Shown in pieces: positions 18,788 through 26,840 of a stretch of 64,000 nt of DNA (position 1 is its first letter; each line of letters opens with the position of its first letter). Position numbers and translations under genes: made by a program. Under the pieces are notes generated by a model. That model did not search any database, had not been told where the DNA came from, and was given only the letters and a program-made list of their open reading frames with translations. The stretch comes from Planctomycetota bacterium (GTDB lineage Bacteria; Planctomycetota; Phycisphaerae; WQYP01): contig JAKBMM010000002.1 in NCBI GenBank assembly GCA_021831565.1, positions 39,440 through 103,439 on the forward strand, written 5' to 3'.

Positions 18788-19280
18788 GTGTGGCTCCTTT
18801 CGCGCTCCCCGTTAAGACGATGTGACTGGGTGCATTGCGGGGACGGCATGCACCTTCACGGGTTATTCTGATGATGGCACCATCATATTTCACTTGCCCC
18901 AAATGCGACTCTAACTGGGATCCCTATTGCCCGCAAGCTTTATGCGCTAATGTTCTGTTAAACCGGCTCCCATCATTTCCGCCAGCGCCTGCGGCGTGGC
19001 GACTTTTTCTCGTCCATCAGCAGCGTGTTTTTATCTGTTGGAGTGTACCCGGTACGGTGAAACCGGAATTTGACCCAACCGCATATAAAACAAGCACTTA
19101 CGGTTTTTTATGCGTAGAACTTCGGATTAAGTTAACGCTTATGGTGAGGACGCCCCGCACTCCCAGGGGCGTCCGAAAAATTACCGCGCCCGTCGCACCG
19201 CGGCGAACCCCGGATAGGCAAGCGGGCTTCGCCCCCCGCGCTTTGGCAAACGCATGGATATAACGTCATTGGCGCCGCAA

Positions 19281-19368
19281 CGGAGAGAGTGGGATTCGAA
19301 CCCACGGTGGGGTCATCCCCCACACACGACTTCCAATCGTGCTCCTTAAGCCGCTCGGACATCTCTCC
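19281..19368 (-). tRNA. tRNA-Ser (anticodon GGA)
   Basis: Minus-strand sequence GGAGAGATGTCCGAGCGG...GTGGGTTCGAATCCCACTCTCTCCG. Perfect 7-bp acceptor stem, T-arm GTGGG-TTCGAAT-CCCAC, long variable arm, anticodon loop TTGGAAG. No encoded CCA. Confidence 0.9.
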
Positions 19369-19398
19369 AGAATCCCGGCGATCCGGGATACCTGTAAA

Positions 19399-20262
19399 CT
19401 ACCGTTCGTCCGAAGGTACGTCAATTTTCTCCCGATTTACCCCGGCGGCGGGCGACCGGGAAGGATCGGGATTCCGCCGGCCGTCGATCCGGCCGATCAG
19501 CCGCAACAGACCGTCGAGGATGGTCAGGGGATGCGGCGGGCAGCCGGGAACGAAAAGATCAACGGGCACAATGGAATCGGCGCCATGGTGGACCTGGGGA
19601 TGATCGCGGTACGGTCCGCCGGAAATGGCGCACGCGCCGATGGCGATGACTATTTTCGGTCCGGGCACGGCATCATAGGTTTGTACAAGGGCGGATTTCA
19701 TGTTCCGGGTAACCGGGCCGGTGATCAACAGACCGTCGGCATGGCGGGGCGAGGCGACAAAATCAATTCCGAAACGTCCCAGATCCCAGCCAATGGTGGT
19801 AAGCACATTGACATCGGCCTCGCAGGCATTGCAGCCGCCGGCCGAGACCACGCGCAATTTCAGCGAGCGGCCCAGGAGTTTGCGGAGTTTATCGTCCAGG
19901 GCCGCGGCGAGCGCCGGCTCGCCGTCGGGGCCTACCAGCAAGTCCGCGCGCCGCCGAACCGCCAGGCGATAATCACGCGAATATTGAATCGCGCCCGTCG
20001 GGCAGGCTTCGGCGCAATCGACGCAGAACAGGCAGCGGCCCAGATCCAGTTCGATGCGGCCGGCGGCGATGGTGATGGCCCGCGTGGGACAGGCCTGGGC
20101 GCACAGGTCGCATGAATCGGGGCACCGGGCGGCATCGAATACGGGCCGGGCACGGAAATGCGGCGCCAGCGCCGGCGGAGCGCCGTCGGGATAGGCCATG
20201 GTCTGATGGCCCTGTTGGAATCGGGCTTTGACAATATCGAACATAAAACGTTCCTTCACCAA
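19399..20262 (-). CDS. Fused 2x[4Fe-4S] ferredoxin (NuoI/HycF-like) + NuoB/HycG-like small subunit of a complex-I / group-4-hydrogenase-like module
   Basis: N-terminal CPDSCDLCAQACP and CLFCVDCAEACP. NuoB-like part has GGCNACE (hydrogenase-type CxxC), IGACAISGGPY and PGCPP proximal-cluster ligands. Confidence 0.8.
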   Translation of the reverse strand: MVKERFMFDIVKARFQQGHQTMAYPDGAPPALAPHFRARPVFDAARCPDSCDLCAQACPTRAITIAAGRIELDLGRCLFCVDCAEACPTGAIQYSRDYRLAVRRRADLLVGPDGEPALAAALDDKLRKLLGRSLKLRVVSAGGCNACEADVNVLTTIGWDLGRFGIDFVASPRHADGLLITGPVTRNMKSALVQTYDAVPGPKIVIAIGACAISGGPYRDHPQVHHGADSIVPVDLFVPGCPPHPLTILDGLLRLIGRIDGRRNPDPSRSPAAGVNREKIDVPSDER

Positions 20263-20268
20263 TCCGAA

Positions 20269-21786
20269 TTATAGATCGTGACCGCAGTAAGAAAGACTAA
20301 AACTCTTATTGCAGAGCGGGAAATCGGAAATTTGCCCGCCGCGCATCGCCAGGGCCAGCCCCATCCAGTTATGGAACGACGGATCAACCACTTTATAACG
20401 CTCGAAGCGGCCGGCGGCGTCGGTCAACGCCAGATGGCATATTTCGCCGCGCCACCCTTCCACCAATGCTACGGCCAGATGATCGGGCGCCAAATTTCCC
20501 ACCGGGGAGCTTATGGTTCCGGGCGGGAGGGATCGAAGCTGTGTCCGGACAAAGTCCAGGGATCGCTGAATTTCCAACCAGCGGACATAAGCGCGGGCGA
20601 AGACATCGCCGCCGTCCCAGGAAGAAACGGGGATATGTATAAACCGGAATAAGCCGGAGGGATGGTCCTGCCGGGCGTCGCGGGTAAGTCCGCAGGCGCG
20701 GGCCACCGGTCCGACCATGCCCAGTTCAACGACCGCGCGGCGCGTCACCGGGCCGATGCCCTCGAAGCGGGCCATCACCGAGGACGAATTCCAGAGCAAT
20801 TCGACGGCCTGGCGGGTCTGCCGGCCGCAAATATCCAGTTTCGCCAGCAGATCGTTCACGGTACAAGTGGCCGGATCAAAACGCACGCCACCCGGTCGAA
20901 TCAGTCCGCGTCCGAACCGGCTGCCGCAAAGAGCGGCCGTCATGTTCAGGAATTCACCGCGCAGGCGTCCGCAATAAGAGGCGGTGGGAAGAAAGCCCAC
21001 GTCGCCGCTGAGCGCCCCCAGGTCTCCCACGTGATTGGCCAACCTTTCCAGTTCCAGGGCGATGCCGCGAATGCTCTGCGCCCGCGGCGACTTCTGTTTG
21101 CGGGCCAACGCTTCGAGCACCTGGCAGTAAGCGGTGGCGTGTCCGATGGTGGTGTCGCCGGCGAGCGTTTCGGCGTAATGGATGGTGCGATGATTCGGAC
21201 CGCCGAGCAGTGCTTGCTCCACTCCTCGATGCTGGTATCCCAGCGCCATCTCCAGGTGAAACACAACTTCTCCGTGGCACTGGAAGCGGAAATGTCCCGG
21301 CTCAATGACGCCCGCGTGGACCGGTCCCACGGCCACCTCGTGCACTTCCTCCCCCCGCACCTGGTAGAAATCCATCACTCCCGGCGGCGCGACGCGATCG
21401 TTCCCGGGCCGGCCCGATGGAAACAATGGCGGATGAAAACGGAGCGGTTTGAGCCAGGGATGTCCGACGATATCCAAACCACACTGTTCGGCGATTTCCC
21501 GTTCAAAGAGATGTACCTGCGGACACCGGGGCGTTAAAGAAGGGTAGTGCCGGCCCGCCAGCGTGGAAGCGACCCGGAGAATGGATTGGGTATCGTCCGC
21601 CAGAACCACATACAGGCGCAGGCGATCCGGTGCTTCGAGCGAACCAAACAGGCTTGCCACCCGCCGGCCCGTGCGTACCGCATCCAGAATGACTTGCTGG
21701 AAGTTGTCCAGGGCCAGGTCGGGAATCAAACGACGGCTGATGGCGCGTCCGGCGCCGAGCAGGGGTAAAGAGTCGGCCTGATTCAT
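20269..21786 (-). CDS. Fused NuoC-like + NuoD/[NiFe]-large-subunit-like protein lacking all Ni-Fe-ligating cysteines (Ehr-type)
   Basis: NuoC motif FEREIAEQCGLDIVGHP; NuoD-like GPVHAGVIEPGHFRF...HRGVEQ. No CxxC anywhere; the C-terminus has DPSFHNW where hydrogenases have DPCxxC. Confidence 0.8.
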   Translation of the reverse strand: MNQADSLPLLGAGRAISRRLIPDLALDNFQQVILDAVRTGRRVASLFGSLEAPDRLRLYVVLADDTQSILRVASTLAGRHYPSLTPRCPQVHLFEREIAEQCGLDIVGHPWLKPLRFHPPLFPSGRPGNDRVAPPGVMDFYQVRGEEVHEVAVGPVHAGVIEPGHFRFQCHGEVVFHLEMALGYQHRGVEQALLGGPNHRTIHYAETLAGDTTIGHATAYCQVLEALARKQKSPRAQSIRGIALELERLANHVGDLGALSGDVGFLPTASYCGRLRGEFLNMTAALCGSRFGRGLIRPGGVRFDPATCTVNDLLAKLDICGRQTRQAVELLWNSSSVMARFEGIGPVTRRAVVELGMVGPVARACGLTRDARQDHPSGLFRFIHIPVSSWDGGDVFARAYVRWLEIQRSLDFVRTQLRSLPPGTISSPVGNLAPDHLAVALVEGWRGEICHLALTDAAGRFERYKVVDPSFHNWMGLALAMRGGQISDFPLCNKSFSLSYCGHDL

Positions 21787-23216
21787 GGCTTGGCTCCCAG
21801 ATATCGGCTGGCCTGGTGCAAAAGGTCCCGCAGCGGCGGCGGCAGATACAGCCCCAGCAACAATACCATCAGCAGAGCACCCAGCGCCGGCAGACCACTC
21901 AGCAGGCCATCGCGGTAATTGTTCCGCGCGGCGGCTACGGGCGCCCGGCCCAGCACGGCGGCGAGCACGGTTCGCCCCATTCCCAGGAAAATCACCAGCA
22001 GCAGAAACAGAAACGCCGCGCCGATCAGGAAATGCCCGGCGGCAAAGGCGCCGTTAAGAATCATGAACTCACTGATAAACGGGCCGAACGGAGGCGATCC
22101 GGTGATGGCCAGAAAACCCAGCATAAACACCGTGCCCGAGAGAGGCAGCCGTCGCATGGCGCCGTGCACCTGCGGTATGGTTTTGCCGCCGTAGGCCCGG
22201 TCGATGTTGCCGACGGAAAGAAACAGCGATCCCTTGGTCAGGCCGTTGTTGATCACGTGCAGCATGGCGCCCAGCAGAGCGATACCGCCGATTCCCAGTC
22301 CCAGCGCAAGAATTCCCATGTGTTCCACACTGGAATAGGCGAGCATCCGCTTGAGGTCCTTCTGGCCGATCATAAATATCGCCGCGAAAAGCATGGATAA
22401 AAGCCCCAGAAATATCAGGAGCCTGGAGGCATAAGCGCCATCGCCGGCGGCATACAGGATGTGCTCGGATCGCACCACCATAAGAAAAGCGCTGCTGATG
22501 AGCGCTCCGGAAAACATGGCCGAAACCGGAGCCGGGCTTTCGCCATGGGCGTCCGGCAGCCAGGAGTGCATCGGGGCCAGGCCCATTTTGGTTCCATAGC
22601 CGACCAGCAGCAGGACAAATCCGGCCTGAAGCCAGACCTTGTTGAGCCGGGGCGCCTGGCGAAGCAGGTCGATGATTTTCAGGGAAGGCGTCATTCCCCG
22701 GCTCACGGCGGAGTAAGCCACGAAAAATGATCCGAGCAAGGCCAGAGCGATGCCCACGGAGCAGATCAGGAGATATTTCCAGGTGGCTTCGATGGACTGC
22801 GGCGTGCGGTTGAAATATATCAAAGGCGCGGAGCTAAGGGTGGTGGCTTCCATGGCCACCCACATCAGGCCGAGGTTGTCCGTGCAGATGACCAGGGTCA
22901 TGGCGCCCAGAAACAGCAGGAAGCACGAGCAGAAGACGCGATTGGCATGATCGGCGCGGGAGCACAGGTATCCCGCCAAATAAAAAGAACACAGCAGGAA
23001 CAACACGCTCACCAGAAGCAGCACCACGCGCCCGGGCGGATCGATCTCCAGCCAGCCCCCGCGCGCGCCGCCGCCATATCCGGCCAGAATGGCCAGGACC
23101 AGGCCCAGGTGGGCGATCGCCACGGGCGGCAGGAGCCAGGGCCGCCGGCGGTTGGAGGGCAGCAGCGCCGCCAGGGCGGCGGCGAGAGGACATAGAATAA
23201 TAAGTGCAATGTACAT
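21783..23216 (-). CDS. NuoN/NuoM/MrpD-like antiporter-type membrane subunit (HyfF-like)
   Basis: 477 aa, 14 TM. Conserved WLPDAHGESPAPVSA and LAYSSVEHMG motifs. Start overlaps the previous gene by 4 nt. Confidence 0.8.
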   Translation of the reverse strand: MYIALIILCPLAAALAALLPSNRRRPWLLPPVAIAHLGLVLAILAGYGGGARGGWLEIDPPGRVVLLLVSVLFLLCSFYLAGYLCSRADHANRVFCSCFLLFLGAMTLVICTDNLGLMWVAMEATTLSSAPLIYFNRTPQSIEATWKYLLICSVGIALALLGSFFVAYSAVSRGMTPSLKIIDLLRQAPRLNKVWLQAGFVLLLVGYGTKMGLAPMHSWLPDAHGESPAPVSAMFSGALISSAFLMVVRSEHILYAAGDGAYASRLLIFLGLLSMLFAAIFMIGQKDLKRMLAYSSVEHMGILALGLGIGGIALLGAMLHVINNGLTKGSLFLSVGNIDRAYGGKTIPQVHGAMRRLPLSGTVFMLGFLAITGSPPFGPFISEFMILNGAFAAGHFLIGAAFLFLLLVIFLGMGRTVLAAVLGRAPVAAARNNYRDGLLSGLPALGALLMVLLLGLYLPPPLRDLLHQASRYLGAKP

Positions 23217-23223
23217 ACGTTAA

Positions 23224-23865
23224 TTATCCCTTCAAGGAAGAAAGCCGCCGGGTGTCCAGCGAAGCGAACTCGCGATTGATGTGATGCATGATGATGCTGA
23301 TGACAAAAATGCCGACAAACAGGTCCAGCAGTACGCCCAGCTCCACCAGGGACGGGATCGCGCCGAGCAGAAGCAGACCGAAAACGAAAATGCCGTTTTC
23401 CAGCAGCAGAAAACCGATGGTTTGCGTAAGGGCCTTCACCCGCGTGGTCAAAAGCAGAAAGCCGGTGAAAAGCATGGAGATGGAAGTGGGAATCACCAAC
23501 AGACCCAGAGGGCTTGCGGAAGGCGTGATCCGTCCGGCCAGCACCAGGGCGGCGCCGGTGGCGGCGGCGCCCAGAAGAATGCAGGGCATGAATCCGATGA
23601 TCGGTTCCACCTCCCGTTTGACGTGGGCGTCGCGCAGGGCCTTGAGCAGCATATTGGGAATCACGACGCCTTTGAGCACAACCGTCATCAAGGCCATGAA
23701 CAGCGGTACGAATTGCGCCTCCCGGAGCACCAGGGGAGGCAGCAATCCCAGCAAGATGCCCTGGAGCGCCGCGGCGTGTATCAAAGCCTTCATGCGGCCG
23801 GCGCCCAGGACAAACAGGTTGATCAGAATCACCAGTACAAAAATGGCGTTGAGGGTCATCATCAT
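23224..23865 (-). CDS. HyfE-like small membrane subunit of the complex
   Basis: 213 aa, about 6 TM; size and hydropathy are those of hydrogenase-4 component E. 7-nt gap to the neighbouring genes. Confidence 0.6.
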   Translation of the reverse strand: MMMTLNAIFVLVILINLFVLGAGRMKALIHAAALQGILLGLLPPLVLREAQFVPLFMALMTVVLKGVVIPNMLLKALRDAHVKREVEPIIGFMPCILLGAAATGAALVLAGRITPSASPLGLLVIPTSISMLFTGFLLLTTRVKALTQTIGFLLLENGIFVFGLLLLGAIPSLVELGVLLDLFVGIFVISIIMHHINREFASLDTRRLSSLKG

Positions 23866-23871
23866 GGTCGG

Positions 23872-24810
23872 TCACCGCAGCAGCAAAAGAAATCCAAAAC
23901 CGTTCAAAAGACAGGCGGCAACCAGAAGCGTCGGCACCAGTCGAAGCTGCAGCCGGGCCATGATGGATTCCACCACGCCAATCACACCCGCCACCGCCAG
24001 CAGGCCGGGTATGGTCATCGCCCAGTTTTCCCAGATCCATCCCTGATTCAGCGGGAGCAGCACATGGAGCAGCAGGGCGCCGAGGACCAGAAGTTTGACG
24101 GCTGATCCGTAAATCTGCGCCGCCAGCAGGGGGCCGCTGTTGTCCAGCACCAGCACCTCATGTATCATTGTCAATTCGAGATGTGTATTTGGATCATCAA
24201 TGGGCAGACGGGAGGTCTCCGCCAGGAGCACCACGAACAATCCGAACGCCGTGAGCACCAGCGCCGCCGCGGCCGTGGAATCAATAGCGACATGTGTCGC
24301 GGGCGCCAGCATGGTGCTCAGGCTCAAGGTTCCGGAGAGTTTCACCAGCACCAGCAGCGCCAGAAACAACGCCGGTTCCGAAAAGGAGGCGAAGGTGAGT
24401 TCCCGGGCGGCCCCCATCCCCTCAAACGATGAGCCGGTATCCAGCGCCGCCAGAATGGTGAAAAATCTCCCCAGCGCCAGCAGGTAAGCAAACAGGATCA
24501 GATCGCCGGTGAAATGCACGGGAGCCGCGGTCGGTCCCAGCGGAACAAGCAACCCCGCCAGCAAGACGCTGGCCAGGGAAATCAGCGGCGCGGCCGAAAA
24601 CACCCAGGTTGTGGTGGAACTCAGCACGACGCCTTTGCGCATGAGCCGAAGCAGATCGTAGTAAGTCTGGAAAAGCGGCGGGCCGACGCGCCCGGCGAAC
24701 CAGGCCTTGGTTTTGTTGATAACGCCCGGCAGCAATGGCGGCAGAAGCACCAGCAGCAGGATCTGAAAAGCAATCGAAATAAGCGTATTCATAAAGTCAA
24801 TAGCTCGCAA
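23872..24810 (-). CDS. NuoH/HycD/HyfC-like membrane subunit
   Basis: 312 aa with 8 TM. Conserved IDDPNTHLELTMIHEVLVLDNSGP-type loop (the E/D-rich quinone-channel loop region). Confidence 0.75.
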   Translation of the reverse strand: MRAIDFMNTLISIAFQILLLVLLPPLLPGVINKTKAWFAGRVGPPLFQTYYDLLRLMRKGVVLSSTTTWVFSAAPLISLASVLLAGLLVPLGPTAAPVHFTGDLILFAYLLALGRFFTILAALDTGSSFEGMGAARELTFASFSEPALFLALLVLVKLSGTLSLSTMLAPATHVAIDSTAAAALVLTAFGLFVVLLAETSRLPIDDPNTHLELTMIHEVLVLDNSGPLLAAQIYGSAVKLLVLGALLLHVLLPLNQGWIWENWAMTIPGLLAVAGVIGVVESIMARLQLRLVPTLLVAACLLNGFGFLLLLR

Positions 24811-24828
24811 ATATCGTGCGACCGCCCC

Positions 24829-26796
24829 TCAAACCAGCAACAGCACCAGAACAATCAGCAAGACGTAAAGCAGATACAACTGCACCGTACCGCTCTGAAA
24901 AATCCTGGCGGATTTAAGGGTATTCCCGGCCTTGTGCAACGCCGGTTGCACAACGCTCTCCAGCAGCGGGTCCGGGGTATGAGAGGCATAGTTCGATGGT
25001 TGGGGAAAAACGCCCTGAATCCGCGGTTGTCGCCGGGTGGACCACACAAGCCAGCGCAGCATTTCTGTGAGCGCTTGCGTGAGCGATGAGCCGGTGTACT
25101 GCATGCGCTGGTTGGGAGAGACGTAACCACAACCCCATGTCCGGCCGGGGTTACGGATCCGGGCGTGCCGCCAGGGTATGGCCAGCACCCCGATCAGTCC
25201 GCCCGCGAAGAACAGGGCCAGGGCCACAGCGGTAAAACAGCCCAGGGGAATAATGGTTTCCAGGGGGATGGGCGCGTTCCAAGGCGTCCAGGCTCGAATC
25301 GCATGATCCAGAAGTCCTGTGAACAACTGCGGAAAAATGCCGACGATCGCACAGCCGGCGGCCAGCAGCAGCATGGGCGCCAGCATCATGGACCCCGGCT
25401 CATGGGCGTTGGCGGCCGCCGCGGTTCGCGGTTGGCCGGCGAATGATGTCGCCGTGAACTTGATAAACGTCGTCATGGCCAAAGCCCCGACCATGGCCAA
25501 CAGGGGAACGGCCAGTGCGGCCCAGCCGGCGGGTGTTCCCCCCTGGAGCGTTTTGAATAATCCCAGGTAAATGAACAGTTCGCTGACAAAGCCATTCCAT
25601 GGCGGCAGAGCCGAGATGGAGGCCGCTCCAACCAGCATCAGCCAGAAAAGCGTCGGCATTCGTCGGGCCAGGCCGCCCAAAGCCTCCAGATCGCGGGCGC
25701 CCGTGCCGTGTATGATTCCGCCGGCGCCCATGAACAGGAGCGGTTTGAACAGGCTATGATTGAACATGTGAAGCAGCGATCCCCCCAGTCCCAGCGCCAC
25801 CCAAAGCGGGTGTTGCAGGGATAGTCCCAACACGGCCAGCCCCAGACCCGTCATGAGAATGCCGATATTTTCAATGCTGCTGTAGGCCAGAAGCCGCTTG
25901 CAGTCCCTCTGCGCACAGGCCCATACAATTCCCAGGAAAGCCGAGAGCATTCCACAACTGAGCAGCACCGCTCCCCACCAGATCGGTGGATGACCCGCGA
26001 TGGCGGCCACCCGCACGATGCCGTAAACGCCCATGTTCAGCAGCACACCGGAAAACAGCGCCGATACGTGGCTAGGGGCATTGGCGTGCGCCCCCGGCAG
26101 CCAGACATGCAGCGGGACCAGACCGGCCTTGCAGCCAAATCCCACCAGCCCCAGAATAAACAGAGCCGCCAGCATCGCTCTCGGCAGGTGCGTCAGGCCG
26201 GTCGGCCAGAGATTTAGCGAACCGGACCCGACTCGGAGCAATACGAAAAAGGCGATCAGACAGAGTGTGGCAATATGGGTGGCGATGAGGTAGACCCATC
26301 CCGCCTGTTGCACTTGCGGCCGACGGTCCTCGGTTATCAGAAGAAAGTAGCCCGCCATCGCCATGATTTCCCAGGCGATGAGGAATTCCACGCTGTTGGC
26401 GGCGAGAACCACCAGGATCATTCCGGCGGTCGTGATTCCCCAGAATAAACGGAGTTTGCGTCCATCCGCGGGATGCCGCCGCTGCGGCCAATAGCCCAGG
26501 CCATAGACGGACCCCAGGGCGGAAATCAGAAAAATGGGAAGTAAAAACCAGGCGCTTAAGTCATCCAGTTGCAAGGCGGGCTTGCCGATCGGAAAGCGGT
26601 ATGTCGTGGCCCAATGCAACGGAGCGGCCGCCGCTAGATCATGGCGCAACAGTACCGCGATGCCGAGGGCGCTGGCCAGCACATGGATGGCCATCGATAG
26701 TACCGGCCCGCGCGCGCTGCGCCGGCCGGACACCAGCGAAGGCAAGCCGCTTCCAGCGATCAATAGAGCGGCGAGAATCAGAAGAAACATGGTCAT
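24829..26796 (-). CDS. NuoL/MrpA/HyfB-like antiporter-type subunit, paralog 1
   Basis: Start taken at MTMFLLI (ATG 26796; GGAG RBS 9 nt upstream). Conserved HVWLPGAHANAPSHVSALFSG and KRLLAYSSIENIG motifs. Confidence 0.8.
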   Translation of the reverse strand: MTMFLLILAALLIAGSGLPSLVSGRRSARGPVLSMAIHVLASALGIAVLLRHDLAAAAPLHWATTYRFPIGKPALQLDDLSAWFLLPIFLISALGSVYGLGYWPQRRHPADGRKLRLFWGITTAGMILVVLAANSVEFLIAWEIMAMAGYFLLITEDRRPQVQQAGWVYLIATHIATLCLIAFFVLLRVGSGSLNLWPTGLTHLPRAMLAALFILGLVGFGCKAGLVPLHVWLPGAHANAPSHVSALFSGVLLNMGVYGIVRVAAIAGHPPIWWGAVLLSCGMLSAFLGIVWACAQRDCKRLLAYSSIENIGILMTGLGLAVLGLSLQHPLWVALGLGGSLLHMFNHSLFKPLLFMGAGGIIHGTGARDLEALGGLARRMPTLFWLMLVGAASISALPPWNGFVSELFIYLGLFKTLQGGTPAGWAALAVPLLAMVGALAMTTFIKFTATSFAGQPRTAAAANAHEPGSMMLAPMLLLAAGCAIVGIFPQLFTGLLDHAIRAWTPWNAPIPLETIIPLGCFTAVALALFFAGGLIGVLAIPWRHARIRNPGRTWGCGYVSPNQRMQYTGSSLTQALTEMLRWLVWSTRRQPRIQGVFPQPSNYASHTPDPLLESVVQPALHKAGNTLKSARIFQSGTVQLYLLYVLLIVLVLLLV

Positions 26797-26840
26797 CAAC
26801 AACGACTCCAGACGACTCCATCCCGGCACGCCGGGATCGG

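Noticed and set aside
19148-19172. 8-bp GC hairpin GACGCCCC...GGGGCGTC about 110 nt from the tRNA
   Set aside because: Flanked by an A-tract rather than a U-tract on either strand; not callable as a terminator.
18835-19263. 142-aa plus-strand ORF inside the islet with a Cys-rich N-terminus (CPKCDSNWDPYCPQALC)
   Set aside because: No RBS, composition shifts mid-ORF from low to high GC, and it runs to the downstream edge of the tRNA gene. Likely chance ORF, though a zinc-ribbon peptide cannot be fully excluded.
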